From a virus: a DNA stretch of 64,000 nucleotides. Position numbers and translations under genes: made by a program. The notes beneath the pieces were generated by a model, which saw only the letters and a list, made by a program, of their open reading frames with translations, was not told the DNA's origin and did not search any database. The stretch is from IMG/VR virus record IMGVR_UViG_3300042305_001483. One strand, given 5' to 3'. How positions within the stretch are numbered: the first letter of the stretch is position 1; every line of letters starts with the position of its first letter. This document shows positions 32,600-41,428 of the stretch, piece after piece.

Positions 32600-33032
32600 T
32601 TAAGCGGTAAAGGCTCAGCGTAGGCTAATTTCTTATGCCCAATACCTGGATCTCGGATCGCAGGGAACGGAAAACTCTCGCCGCTGTGAGTACTCAACCA
32701 CTACCCGAAAGGATGAGGATCGCTACTAAGCCCTGCGATTTGGTTGTTTGAAGAGGATTGAATAGGCAAAAAGAAGGGTAATTCCCTAACGGACATATAG
32801 GTGATAGCATGCCTAGATGCTCCTGCCGTCGAATAAAGACGCTGCTCGTGGTACCGGTCGACCGCCACTGTAATGCAGTAATGCTATGTGACTGTGCAAC
32901 TCAGATGATGTTCAGTTATTTTTTTGCCCTGCTCGGGCAAAGAGTGACCACTTAATCTAGATGATATATCTCTCTTAACTATCTAAATATGCTTCGAGTC
33001 CTTAGACGAAGAAGCATACGAACGCAGTTCGT
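32600..33032 (+). ncRNA. Candidate large structured non-coding RNA (family unassigned; strand inferred)
   Basis: No ORF in the track; 165/340 G+C (48.5%) over 32601-32940; many stems with G-U pairs on the + strand, a GAAA tetraloop and a possible pseudoknot (see findings). Confidence 0.6.
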
Positions 33033-33033
33033 T

Positions 33034-33041
33034 TATAAATA
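33034..33041 (+). promoter_or_regulatory. T4-type late promoter TATAAATA
   Basis: Exact T4 late consensus upstream of the 500-aa ORF. Confidence 0.75.
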
Positions 33042-33051
33042 GTGATATAGA

Positions 33052-34554
33052 GTGGATAAAATTATGCCTTTAACTTTTTCTCAAAGATTAATTGTAGAAG
33101 AAAAATTAAACGAAAGCCGAATTCTCTTAGAGAATATATGCCGAGGTTTGACTGAAGAACAAAATACAATAATTAAAAGAATACATAGAGAGTTTTTACC
33201 TTTAATTGAAGCAACATTAACTACAGATCAAATATCTCAATTATTTAAAAATGTAGAGCAATCAGCAACTGCTAGTGGATCTAACAGAACTGGATTGGGA
33301 AAAGCCGTAGATGTTGCAAAATTGCCTGTCCAAGCAGTTCAAAAAGTTAACGATATTATTAACAAAGCAGGGCAGTGGGCGCAAAACACTAAACCTGTAC
33401 AGGCGTTTGATCAAAAATTTGAAGAACTAAAAGCAAAGATTAGTTCTAAGTTTCCAAATTTAACTCAAAACTTAACTCAAGCAGGAGAATGGGCTAAAGC
33501 AAATCCTGGAAAAACCGCAGTAATTATTGGTGTATTAACTGCTGTGGCATCATTAGCAGGAGGACCTTTAGGTGGTGCTATCGCAGGTCAAATACTGAGA
33601 GGCACTACTGAATTAATGAAAGGTGAAAAACTTTCGACTGCAATTGGCAAGGGTGCTAAAGCAGCCGCAGTTGGTGCTTTAGCCGGTTGGAGTATTGATA
33701 AAATTGGAGATTTCTTAGGCAGTGGGTTAAAAATGGTTGCTGATAACTTATTTCCTGGGGCACGTAGACTTAATCTTTCCTTTATGGTTAGTGGTACGGG
33801 ACCTTCTACATTTCAAAATTTACGAGATGTAATAGGCAAACCTGAAGATTTAGAACCTATACGTGGTGCATGGAATCAAGCAGCAGAGGCTTGGAGGAAC
33901 GGTCAATATAGTCAAGCAGAAGCATTGTTTCAGCAGGCAAAAGATGCAGCAGCCAAATTAGCCGATCCTGGTTATGCTGCTCAATTAGCACAAGATGAAA
34001 ATGCAAGACAAGCAATTGTAGATGGTGCTAAAAGTGTAATGGCTGCGTCTGACGCTTTGGCAGTGGCTGCACAAGGCGCTGTTACAGGTGCGGTTGGAAA
34101 TCAAAAACCAACGCAGCAATCAACGCCGGAAAGTTTATCTTTTCAACAAATTAAAAAAATATTCTATACTGTAGATAGAAAATATCTAGTTCAAGAAGGT
34201 ATTGCAGATACAATTAAACAATTTGGTTCAAATTTAACTACTAAAATTACCGCCGATAAGTTAATGAAAGCATGGAAGGCGGCAGGAAGTCCGACAGACA
34301 GCAATGCTATTGCTGATATTTTAAAAAATGCCGGAGTTGACGATTCTATTATTTCGTCAACTTTTCAATCTATGAATATTGCATCAACTCAATCTTCACC
34401 GGTATCTCAAACATCAAGTCAGCCATCTACAAAACTTACTGTGGCTCAAATTAATCAAGCAATTAAAATTTTAAGATTACGAGATTTACAAAGTATTCAA
34501 AAAACAGTAAATAACGTATTATCGAAGAGATCTAATCAACCTACTACTCCTTGA
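33052..34554 (+). CDS. Putative internal head/ejection protein
   Basis: Late promoter; N-terminal LxE sites (LNE, LLE, LIE); Ala/Gly-rich hydrophobic segment TAVIIGVLTAVASLAGGPLGGAIAG; start may be ATG 33064. Confidence 0.45.
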   Translation: MDKIMPLTFSQRLIVEEKLNESRILLENICRGLTEEQNTIIKRIHREFLPLIEATLTTDQISQLFKNVEQSATASGSNRTGLGKAVDVAKLPVQAVQKVNDIINKAGQWAQNTKPVQAFDQKFEELKAKISSKFPNLTQNLTQAGEWAKANPGKTAVIIGVLTAVASLAGGPLGGAIAGQILRGTTELMKGEKLSTAIGKGAKAAAVGALAGWSIDKIGDFLGSGLKMVADNLFPGARRLNLSFMVSGTGPSTFQNLRDVIGKPEDLEPIRGAWNQAAEAWRNGQYSQAEALFQQAKDAAAKLADPGYAAQLAQDENARQAIVDGAKSVMAASDALAVAAQGAVTGAVGNQKPTQQSTPESLSFQQIKKIFYTVDRKYLVQEGIADTIKQFGSNLTTKITADKLMKAWKAAGSPTDSNAIADILKNAGVDDSIISSTFQSMNIASTQSSPVSQTSSQPSTKLTVAQINQAIKILRLRDLQSIQKTVNNVLSKRSNQPTTP

Positions 34555-34564
34555 AGGATATAAA

Positions 34565-35275
34565 ATGCGTATTGAAGAACTTATTATTGAAAACCAACAA
34601 CTTGATGAACTAACAGCAGCGCAAGTCGGACAAGGAATTGGTAGAGCTGCTACTGCTACTGGTACAGCATTAGGTGCAACTGCTGGCGGAGCAGTTCAAG
34701 CAGGTAAAAATTTCTGGCAAGGAGTAAAGCAAGGTTGGCAATCAGGAAAAAGTTCAGTCGGCGGTGGAGCAGCACCTGCTGCGGGAACAGCACCTACAAC
34801 TGGGGCAGCACCTGCAACAGCACCTGCTGCGGGAACAGCACCTACAACTGGGGCAGCACCTGCTGCGGGAACAGCACCTGCTGCGGGAACAGCACCTGCT
34901 GCGGGAACAGCACCTGCTGCGGGAACAGCACCTGCTGCGGGAACAGCACCTGCAACAGCACCTGCTGCGGGAACAGCACCTACAACTGGGGCAGCACCAA
35001 AAGTTACCGTAACACAAATTAATCAAGCAATACCAACTTTAAGAACAAGAGATTTGCAAAGTGTTAAGAAAAATGTAGACGCTATTGTTGCAAAGAAAAG
35101 CAGAGGAGCAGCGCCTGCAACTGGAGCAGCACCTACAACAGCGCCTGCAACTGGGACACCTAATTTACAAGTACAACAAGGTGGTAAGAAGAAAACTGCT
35201 GCCTTGTTACAACCTAAACAACAAGCAGTTCCTGAATCAAAATTTTACAGTAAATTTTTAAATATGGACATTTAA
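34565..35275 (+). CDS. Putative internal head protein with Ala/Pro/Thr linker
   Basis: MRIEELIIENQQLDE leader, APAAGT repeats, and a domain shared with the upstream ORF. Confidence 0.45.
   Translation: MRIEELIIENQQLDELTAAQVGQGIGRAATATGTALGATAGGAVQAGKNFWQGVKQGWQSGKSSVGGGAAPAAGTAPTTGAAPATAPAAGTAPTTGAAPAAGTAPAAGTAPAAGTAPAAGTAPAAGTAPATAPAAGTAPTTGAAPKVTVTQINQAIPTLRTRDLQSVKKNVDAIVAKKSRGAAPATGAAPTTAPATGTPNLQVQQGGKKKTAALLQPKQQAVPESKFYSKFLNMDI
34769..34999 (+). repeat. 18-bp tandem repeat (gcacctgctgcgggaaca, APAAGT) with APTTGA/APAT variants
   Basis: Directly visible tandem copies. Confidence 0.95.
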
Positions 35276-35490
35276 AAGAAAGGTAGTCCAGTTTTTTTAG
35301 TTGTTTCTAAATTATCTTCAATGATTTTAGAAATTAACATTCTTTCTTCTTGACTAAGTTCATAGGCTTCAGATAAAGTTATTCCGCCCCTCATGTACCA
35401 ACAAATTTTGTAAAGTTCTGATTTTAAGGCTTTTGTATCTTTATCGTATTCTTTGATAAACTTATCAATACCTTCAACGTCTAGATACAA
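35272..35490 (-). CDS. gp51-like tail/hub assembly chaperone, probably made as a -1 frameshift extension of the upstream gene
   Basis: ICWYMRGGITLSEAYELSQEER motif; only a TTG start with no clear SD; in the -1 frame of T TTT TTC at 35508-35502. Confidence 0.65.
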   Translation of the reverse strand: MYLDVEGIDKFIKEYDKDTKALKSELYKICWYMRGGITLSEAYELSQEERMLISKIIEDNLETTKKTGLPFF

Positions 35491-35495
35491 AAGCC

Positions 35496-36365
35496 TTAGA
35501 CGAAAAAAGTTGATGGGTCAAACACTAGTGGTACTTCAATTTTATCTTCTGTGTAACCTTTATCTTTAATATCTTGCGGTGTTGTAATAGTTAAATTGGG
35601 AACAGCATTGTTGGCTTTTTGTGTTTCTAAAAAATTTTGTATTGTATTAAACATTTGTTTGTCAATGTTATTAACAAATTCTTTTATATGTTGAGGATTG
35701 TCAGTACTACCGGCTGATGAATCAATTTTATAAACACTATTTTGAACAATACTAATTGTTACTTCAGTTAGTTTATTAAAACTTTCTTTAAACGCTTTTA
35801 TTTTTTCTTCTTCAGAAATTTCATCATTGCCTACAATTGACATTATTTTTTGAGTTTCAAAAGATTTTAATGCTGCTTCTGAAATATGTTTATATGTTAA
35901 TGGTTTTACAAAAACAGTTAAATTATCATTAATAGATATAGCATCTTCCCAAGAAATTTTTGCATATAATGAATCTAAAACTTGTCGTAGGTCAACATTA
36001 CATGTAAATTCGTTTTCTCCTACTGTAATAGGAGTTTCCATAATTTCACCGTAGGTTGCTAATCGTAGTCCAATTAATATTATATCTAAATCAATAGCCG
36101 GAATATGCCAAGCATTTTTTATGTGTGGCATACAATTTTGAATTACATCAACCACTGCTTGACCGCTCATAACAGCATCCGGAATTTTTAACATTAACTC
36201 ATCTCTAGCAGTCATTGAATAAACAGGATATTCTCCTGTTTCGGTTACTTCTAAACTTCCATTAGGCCAAAATTTACCTTGGCTAGGTAATTTAATATAA
36301 ATCTTTGGCTGACGCATAAATGCAGCCAAAGGATTCGGTGTAATTTTTAGTGGATCAGATGTCAT
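35496..36365 (-). CDS. gp26: Baseplate hub/tail assembly chaperone, gp26-like
   Basis: NPL..FMRQPKIYIKLPS.G.FW, YSMTARDEL and DLDIILIGLRLATYGE motifs; ends FDPSTFFV; GGAG SD. Confidence 0.75.
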   Translation of the reverse strand: MTSDPLKITPNPLAAFMRQPKIYIKLPSQGKFWPNGSLEVTETGEYPVYSMTARDELMLKIPDAVMSGQAVVDVIQNCMPHIKNAWHIPAIDLDIILIGLRLATYGEIMETPITVGENEFTCNVDLRQVLDSLYAKISWEDAISINDNLTVFVKPLTYKHISEAALKSFETQKIMSIVGNDEISEEEKIKAFKESFNKLTEVTISIVQNSVYKIDSSAGSTDNPQHIKEFVNNIDKQMFNTIQNFLETQKANNAVPNLTITTPQDIKDKGYTEDKIEVPLVFDPSTFFV

Positions 36366-36376
36366 TTTAATCTCCG

Positions 36377-36411
36377 ATAAATAAACTGATAAACCCGGAT
36401 AAACTATTTAT
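36377..36411. promoter_or_regulatory. Two late-promoter cores on opposite strands between gp26-like and tape-measure genes
   Basis: ATAAATA on + at 36377-36383 and on - at 36411-36405. Confidence 0.55.
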
Positions 36412-36436
36412 CTACTAATTTAACTCATAAAAAACA

Positions 36437-39328
36437 ATGGCTGACGTAACAGGAACAATTGGCAACGAATACGTTGAATTAAACAACGCAGCAACAGAAG
36501 CGACTTTGCGGGCATTATTAATGGCCGTTACTTCTGCAAATAAGCAGAATGTTTCCGAAATACGACGACTTGCAGAAAAAACAGGTGCTGCCAGTGCTGG
36601 AGGAGCAACAGTTGACCCCGGAGCAGTGCAATCAGTTAATACTGGATTAATGGGGATAGGTCAAAAAGTTGGAGGATTTGCTGCCAGTGTCGTTAGTGCC
36701 GGTATTAATGTAGGAAAGGCTTTAGGAGATTTTGGAGGAAAATTATTAGAAGGACAAGCACAAACTAGCGATCTTTTAAAAGCATTTACAGCATTGCCCG
36801 GTCCTATAGGAAAAGTAGCAGAAGGTTTTAGATTAATACAATTATACCAAGAACAAAATTTTAAAACATTTCAACAAATTACCAGTGTCGGTGTAAATTT
36901 TGGAGGAGAACTAACTGCGGTAAGGTCAGCAATGGCTGCGATGCGACTTACCCAAGAAGAATACGTTGCATTTAATAAGGCTAACTCACAAAATTTAGCA
37001 AAAATGGGTTCCGATGTAAACAACGGTGCTAAAAATTTTAAAGAACTTTCCAACGCACTTCAAGAAGGTGAAACTGGTATAAGATTAAAAGCATTGGGAT
37101 TTACAGCAGCAGAAGTTAACAGCGGTTTAGCAAGTTTTGTCAGTGCGTCTGGTGGTAGAAGTCGTCAAGAAATGCAAAACACAGCGGCTCTTGAAAAAAG
37201 TGCAAAAGCGTATTTAGAACAATTAGATGCATTAGCAAGATTGACAGGTGAAAGTAGAGAAGAGCAAGAAGCACAGGCAAAAGAACGAGCAGCGAACGCT
37301 GCCTTACAAAATCATTTATCTACATTAAGTGTAGAAGAAAGAGCAAAAGCAGAAGCAGCATTGGCTCAGGCTCGACAACGAGGAGGCAAGGGAGCAGAAC
37401 AGGCGTTAATGTCGAGAATATTAGGATTGCCTCCTATGACAGGTCCTGCTAAAAAGTTTGAAGCATTTGCTACTAATGCAGGAGAAGTACTAGGAAAATA
37501 TGCAGACACAGTTAAAGATAAAACAAAAACTATTGATGATATTGGAAAATTAGGCGCTTCATTACAAGGTGCGTTAATAAAAGACGTTAAAGACAAACAA
37601 GAAGTATTAAGAGTATTATCTTTACAACAAGGTGAAAATGCTGAAATAGCAACTGATTTATTAAAAATTCAAAATAGATCAACTATGCAAGGCATTGAAA
37701 CTGAAGAAGATGCCCAAGCACAAGAAGAACGAATAAGAAAAGAACAATTAGCACAACAAACTGGATCTCAAGCAAGGACTCAAGCCACATTTCTTCAATC
37801 TATGGAAGAAATAAGAAAATCTCTGATAGATAAATTTATAAATCCAATTGTTCAACTAGTTGAACCTGTATTGAACAGATTTGGAAATTTTTTAAAAGAT
37901 GTTCTTGTTCCTAAAATTGAACAGTTAGGGAATTATCTCAATAATGAAATAATTCCCATGTTTAAAAAAATGTGGACTACTGTTAGTGAAATGCTTGAAC
38001 CTTGGTTAAGTGCAGCAGGTGTCGCTTTAGAAATTTTATGGGGCATTGTAACAAGAGTTGGAGAGTTTATTGGCGGTGCATTTAAACTATCTTTTGAAGC
38101 ATTAAAAGTTGTGGTAGATCTCCTAAAAGAACCTTTTGAATTTTTAGGAAATAAAGTTAAAAGTGCATTAGAAGGATTTCAAAAGTTAGATGCTGCATTA
38201 GGTGGAAGTTTAACTAATGCAATTGCTGGGGTAGTAACTGGATTACTTGGACTTAAAGCCATTTTAATGGCAAAAGAATGGTTAGATGCAAAAAAAGCAG
38301 CAGGAGCAGCAGGAGCAGCAGGTCCTGGAGGTGGTGGAACTGGCGGAGGTGGATTGTTAACTAGACGCGGTTATAGTCCTGATAAACCACTTTTTGTACA
38401 ACTTGTAGGAGGATTTGGTGGAAGAGGCAGAGGAAGGGGAAGAGGCCGAGCACCTACTGCTGGAGGCGGACCTAGACCAGGTGGCGCCCCTGCTGTTAGT
38501 ACACCTCCCAGCCCACCTGCAGGAGGCGGCGGAGCAACAGCCGCTAGAGCGGCAACTACTGCCGCAGCCGGTGCCGGTACGACAGCAGCAACCGCAGCAG
38601 GATCTGCAACGGCTGGCGCAGGCGCGGGTGCAGGCGCCACAGGCGCTGCTGGTTCAAAATTTAGTGTTCCAAAACGATTTTTAGATATTTTGAAAACTGT
38701 GAGAGGTGTGCCCGGACTAGCAGCCTTAGTTGGTGCTTTAGATTTAGTAAACATTGGATTAAGCAAAGGTCAATATCCAGATGAAAGTGCATTCTATGCA
38801 GATATAGCCAAGTCAATTTCAAGTACAGCCGGCGGTGTCGCCGGAGGGGCATTAGGTTCAGCACTAGGATCATTAGTTTTACCTGGTATTGGAACGATTG
38901 CCGGTGGCGCAGCAGGTTGGATGATTGGAGCATATGGAGGAGATTGGTTTGCTGGTAAAGTTGTAGATTACTTAAAAGCAGGTAAAGAAAAAGTTCCAAT
39001 GGCTGCTGGGGGAATTGTAACTAAACCTACTAATGCCCTTATTGGAGAAGCAGGACAACCAGAAGCAGTATTACCTTTAGATAGATTAGGAGAAATCTTA
39101 CAAAATTATTCAACAGGTCCGACACAAAATTCATCTGCTGCTGCTCAAAAATTGCCCGGAGATGTTAGTTCTACTTCAGATGTGTCGTGGGAAAGTTTAC
39201 ATAATGAGTTACAACGATTAAATAATATATCGTCGGAAACCTTAAAATATATTAAAGAAACAGCCGAATATTCAAGGAGAACTGTTGATGCGACTCGCGC
39301 TCTAAGCGGCGATCTTTTTAGCATGTAA
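36437..39328 (+). CDS. Tape measure protein-like
   Basis: Long helical Ala/Gln/Glu-rich sequence with amphipathic W/F-periodic stretch, hydrophobic segments and C-terminal MAAGGIVTKPTNALIGEAGQPEAVLPL motif; next to the chaperone pair. Confidence 0.7.
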   Translation: MADVTGTIGNEYVELNNAATEATLRALLMAVTSANKQNVSEIRRLAEKTGAASAGGATVDPGAVQSVNTGLMGIGQKVGGFAASVVSAGINVGKALGDFGGKLLEGQAQTSDLLKAFTALPGPIGKVAEGFRLIQLYQEQNFKTFQQITSVGVNFGGELTAVRSAMAAMRLTQEEYVAFNKANSQNLAKMGSDVNNGAKNFKELSNALQEGETGIRLKALGFTAAEVNSGLASFVSASGGRSRQEMQNTAALEKSAKAYLEQLDALARLTGESREEQEAQAKERAANAALQNHLSTLSVEERAKAEAALAQARQRGGKGAEQALMSRILGLPPMTGPAKKFEAFATNAGEVLGKYADTVKDKTKTIDDIGKLGASLQGALIKDVKDKQEVLRVLSLQQGENAEIATDLLKIQNRSTMQGIETEEDAQAQEERIRKEQLAQQTGSQARTQATFLQSMEEIRKSLIDKFINPIVQLVEPVLNRFGNFLKDVLVPKIEQLGNYLNNEIIPMFKKMWTTVSEMLEPWLSAAGVALEILWGIVTRVGEFIGGAFKLSFEALKVVVDLLKEPFEFLGNKVKSALEGFQKLDAALGGSLTNAIAGVVTGLLGLKAILMAKEWLDAKKAAGAAGAAGPGGGGTGGGGLLTRRGYSPDKPLFVQLVGGFGGRGRGRGRGRAPTAGGGPRPGGAPAVSTPPSPPAGGGGATAARAATTAAAGAGTTAATAAGSATAGAGAGAGATGAAGSKFSVPKRFLDILKTVRGVPGLAALVGALDLVNIGLSKGQYPDESAFYADIAKSISSTAGGVAGGALGSALGSLVLPGIGTIAGGAAGWMIGAYGGDWFAGKVVDYLKAGKEKVPMAAGGIVTKPTNALIGEAGQPEAVLPLDRLGEILQNYSTGPTQNSSAAAQKLPGDVSSTSDVSWESLHNELQRLNNISSETLKYIKETAEYSRRTVDATRALSGDLFSM

Positions 39329-39333
39329 AAATT

Positions 39334-41052
39334 ATGTCTTGGAAAAAATACTTCACTCCTGTTAATACTTCTGGTGCGTTAAGTCCAATAAATGGATCAA
39401 ATGCATCAAGTTTATCATCAACACCCGCACATAGAAATTATTCTAGTTTTTTGCCAGATGTTTATTCTGGTCATCCGAACCGTTTAGAAAGATATGGGCA
39501 ATACGACACTATGGATGCAGATAGTGAGGTAAACGCTGCATTAGATATTTTAGCGGAATTTTGCACACAACAAAACGAAGAAAACGGTACACCATTTAGA
39601 ATATTTTTTAAAGAACAAGCCACAACTACAGAAGTAACAGTTATTAAAAAATACCTTCAACAATGGTCAAAACTGAATAAATTTCAAAAAAGAATATTTA
39701 AAATTATTAGAAATGCATTCAAATATGGTGATGTATTTTTTGTAAGAGATCCAGAAAATCAAAGTTGGATGTATGTTGATCCGGCAAAGGTTGACAGTAT
39801 TATTGTTAACGAAAGCGAGGGTAAATTACCTGAACAATATCTAATTCGAGATTTTAATCCTAATTTACAAACATTGGCAACAACTGCTATTAATCCTAGT
39901 AACGTAACAGGCGGTGGAAGTCAATATGCCAGCGGTTATGCAGGTAATAATGCAGGTGTTGGTATGAGTAGGGGCATGACCGGTGCGTATCCTACAAATT
40001 TAAATGCCAATAGATTTCAAAAAAATGAACAGCAATATGCTATAGATGCAGAACATGTTATTCATATCAGCATGAGTGAAGGATTAGATAATAACTATCC
40101 TTTTGGTACTAGTTTGTTAGAAGCAATTTTTAAAGTATATAAACAAAAAGAATTGCTTGAAGATGCTATTATTATCTATCGAATTCAACGAGCACCGGAG
40201 CGTAGGGTATTTTATATTGACGTTGGAAACATGCCAAGTCACTTAGCAATGGGGTTTGTGGAAAGAGTAAAAAATGAAGTAAACCAAAGACGCATCCCAA
40301 GTGTCACTGGCGGGAGCCAAAGCGTAATAGATGCCGGATATAATCCACTTTCAATTAATGAGGACTATTTTTTCCCACAAACAGCAGAAGGTCGAGGTAG
40401 TAAAGTTGAAGTATTACCTGGGGGCACTAATTTAGGAGAAATTGATGATCTTAAGTATTTTACTAATAAGTTGTTTCGTGCTTTACGGATTCCTAGCAGT
40501 TATCTACCTACTGGTCCCGACGACGGAGGATCTAACTTCAATGATGGTCGAGTTGGAACAGCATACATTCAAGAATTACGATTTAACAAGTATTGTGAGA
40601 GATTACAAAGTTTAATTAACGAACATTTCGATAATGAATTTAAATTGTATCTTCATAACAAAGGAATTAATGTCGACAGCAATATTTTTGAAGTAAAATT
40701 TAATCCTCCTCAAAACTTTGCAAGTTATCGTCAAGCAGAAATGGATGGAGTTAGAATGACTAACTTTACCAATGTTTCTCAAATTCCTTATTTGTCAAAG
40801 AGATTTGCTTTAAAGAGATTCTTAGGATTATCTGCTGAAGAAATGGCCGATAATGAAAAACTTTGGAAAGAAGAAAATGTTGATGAAGATGTAACATTAT
40901 CAGCAGGTGCAGAATTGAGAAGTGTAGGTATTACTGCTTCGGGAATGGGCAGTGATATGTCGGCTTTATCTAATGCTACTACTCCACCGACAGCGCCTGC
41001 AGAAGGAATGCCATCTGAACAGCCACCTGTTGAACCAGCACCACCGGCATAA
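39334..41052 (+). CDS. gp20: Portal protein
   Basis: LLEDAIIIYRIQRAPERRVFYIDVGNMP, EDYFFP...GRGSKVEVLPGG.NLGEIDDLKYF..KL.RAL.IP.S. Confidence 0.95.
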   Translation: MSWKKYFTPVNTSGALSPINGSNASSLSSTPAHRNYSSFLPDVYSGHPNRLERYGQYDTMDADSEVNAALDILAEFCTQQNEENGTPFRIFFKEQATTTEVTVIKKYLQQWSKLNKFQKRIFKIIRNAFKYGDVFFVRDPENQSWMYVDPAKVDSIIVNESEGKLPEQYLIRDFNPNLQTLATTAINPSNVTGGGSQYASGYAGNNAGVGMSRGMTGAYPTNLNANRFQKNEQQYAIDAEHVIHISMSEGLDNNYPFGTSLLEAIFKVYKQKELLEDAIIIYRIQRAPERRVFYIDVGNMPSHLAMGFVERVKNEVNQRRIPSVTGGSQSVIDAGYNPLSINEDYFFPQTAEGRGSKVEVLPGGTNLGEIDDLKYFTNKLFRALRIPSSYLPTGPDDGGSNFNDGRVGTAYIQELRFNKYCERLQSLINEHFDNEFKLYLHNKGINVDSNIFEVKFNPPQNFASYRQAEMDGVRMTNFTNVSQIPYLSKRFALKRFLGLSAEEMADNEKLWKEENVDEDVTLSAGAELRSVGITASGMGSDMSALSNATTPPTAPAEGMPSEQPPVEPAPPA

Positions 41053-41060
41053 ATATTATC

Positions 41061-41303
41061 ATGTTTTTAAGAGAATTCATTTATTTTGATAAAAAGAATG
41101 CAGAAATGCAGGAAGATCCTCGATATGAATCTTCCAAAGACACTAGCGTCTTAAATCCTGATGATTTAAGAAAAACTAGATTAACTCTTAGAATGTTAAA
41201 CGAATTAAGAAAAGCAGGCGATGCAAGGGAAAAAGAAAGAAAAGAAGATTTGGCACTGGTAAGAAAAATATATGCTGCACCTCCACCTGAAGCAGCACCA
41301 TAA
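41061..41303 (+). CDS. Small head-associated protein
   Basis: 80 aa with DLRKTRLTLRMLNELRK; between portal and prohead core genes. Confidence 0.55.
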   Translation: MFLREFIYFDKKNAEMQEDPRYESSKDTSVLNPDDLRKTRLTLRMLNELRKAGDAREKERKEDLALVRKIYAAPPPEAAP

Positions 41304-41428
41304 AAATAATTTTTTTTAATTTTTTAGGTCAAAAATTGCTATTTTTGGCCTATTTCGTCTGCATTTTTTTAATATTTTTTAAATAATAACACAGCCTTGC
41401 CGCAACCAAAATAAGGAGAATATTTGCA

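Noticed and set aside
32600-33032. Group I intron, RNase P RNA or hammerhead ribozyme identity for the structured region
   Set aside because: ctcaaccactac only resembles the group I R element, lacks the P7 GACUA, and no gene is interrupted; ggaaaactc fits the RNase P CR-I pattern but I found no P4 partner; no CUGANGA core.
34735-35026. Cys-rich or EQHLL-repeat ORFs (95, 90 and 82 aa)
   Set aside because: Alternate-frame readings of the 18-bp APAAGT repeat, with no SD or promoter.
41325-41352. Hairpin taggtcaaaaat-tgct-atttttggccta as a terminator
   Set aside because: AT-rich stem without a good downstream U-tract on +; function unclear, so not called.
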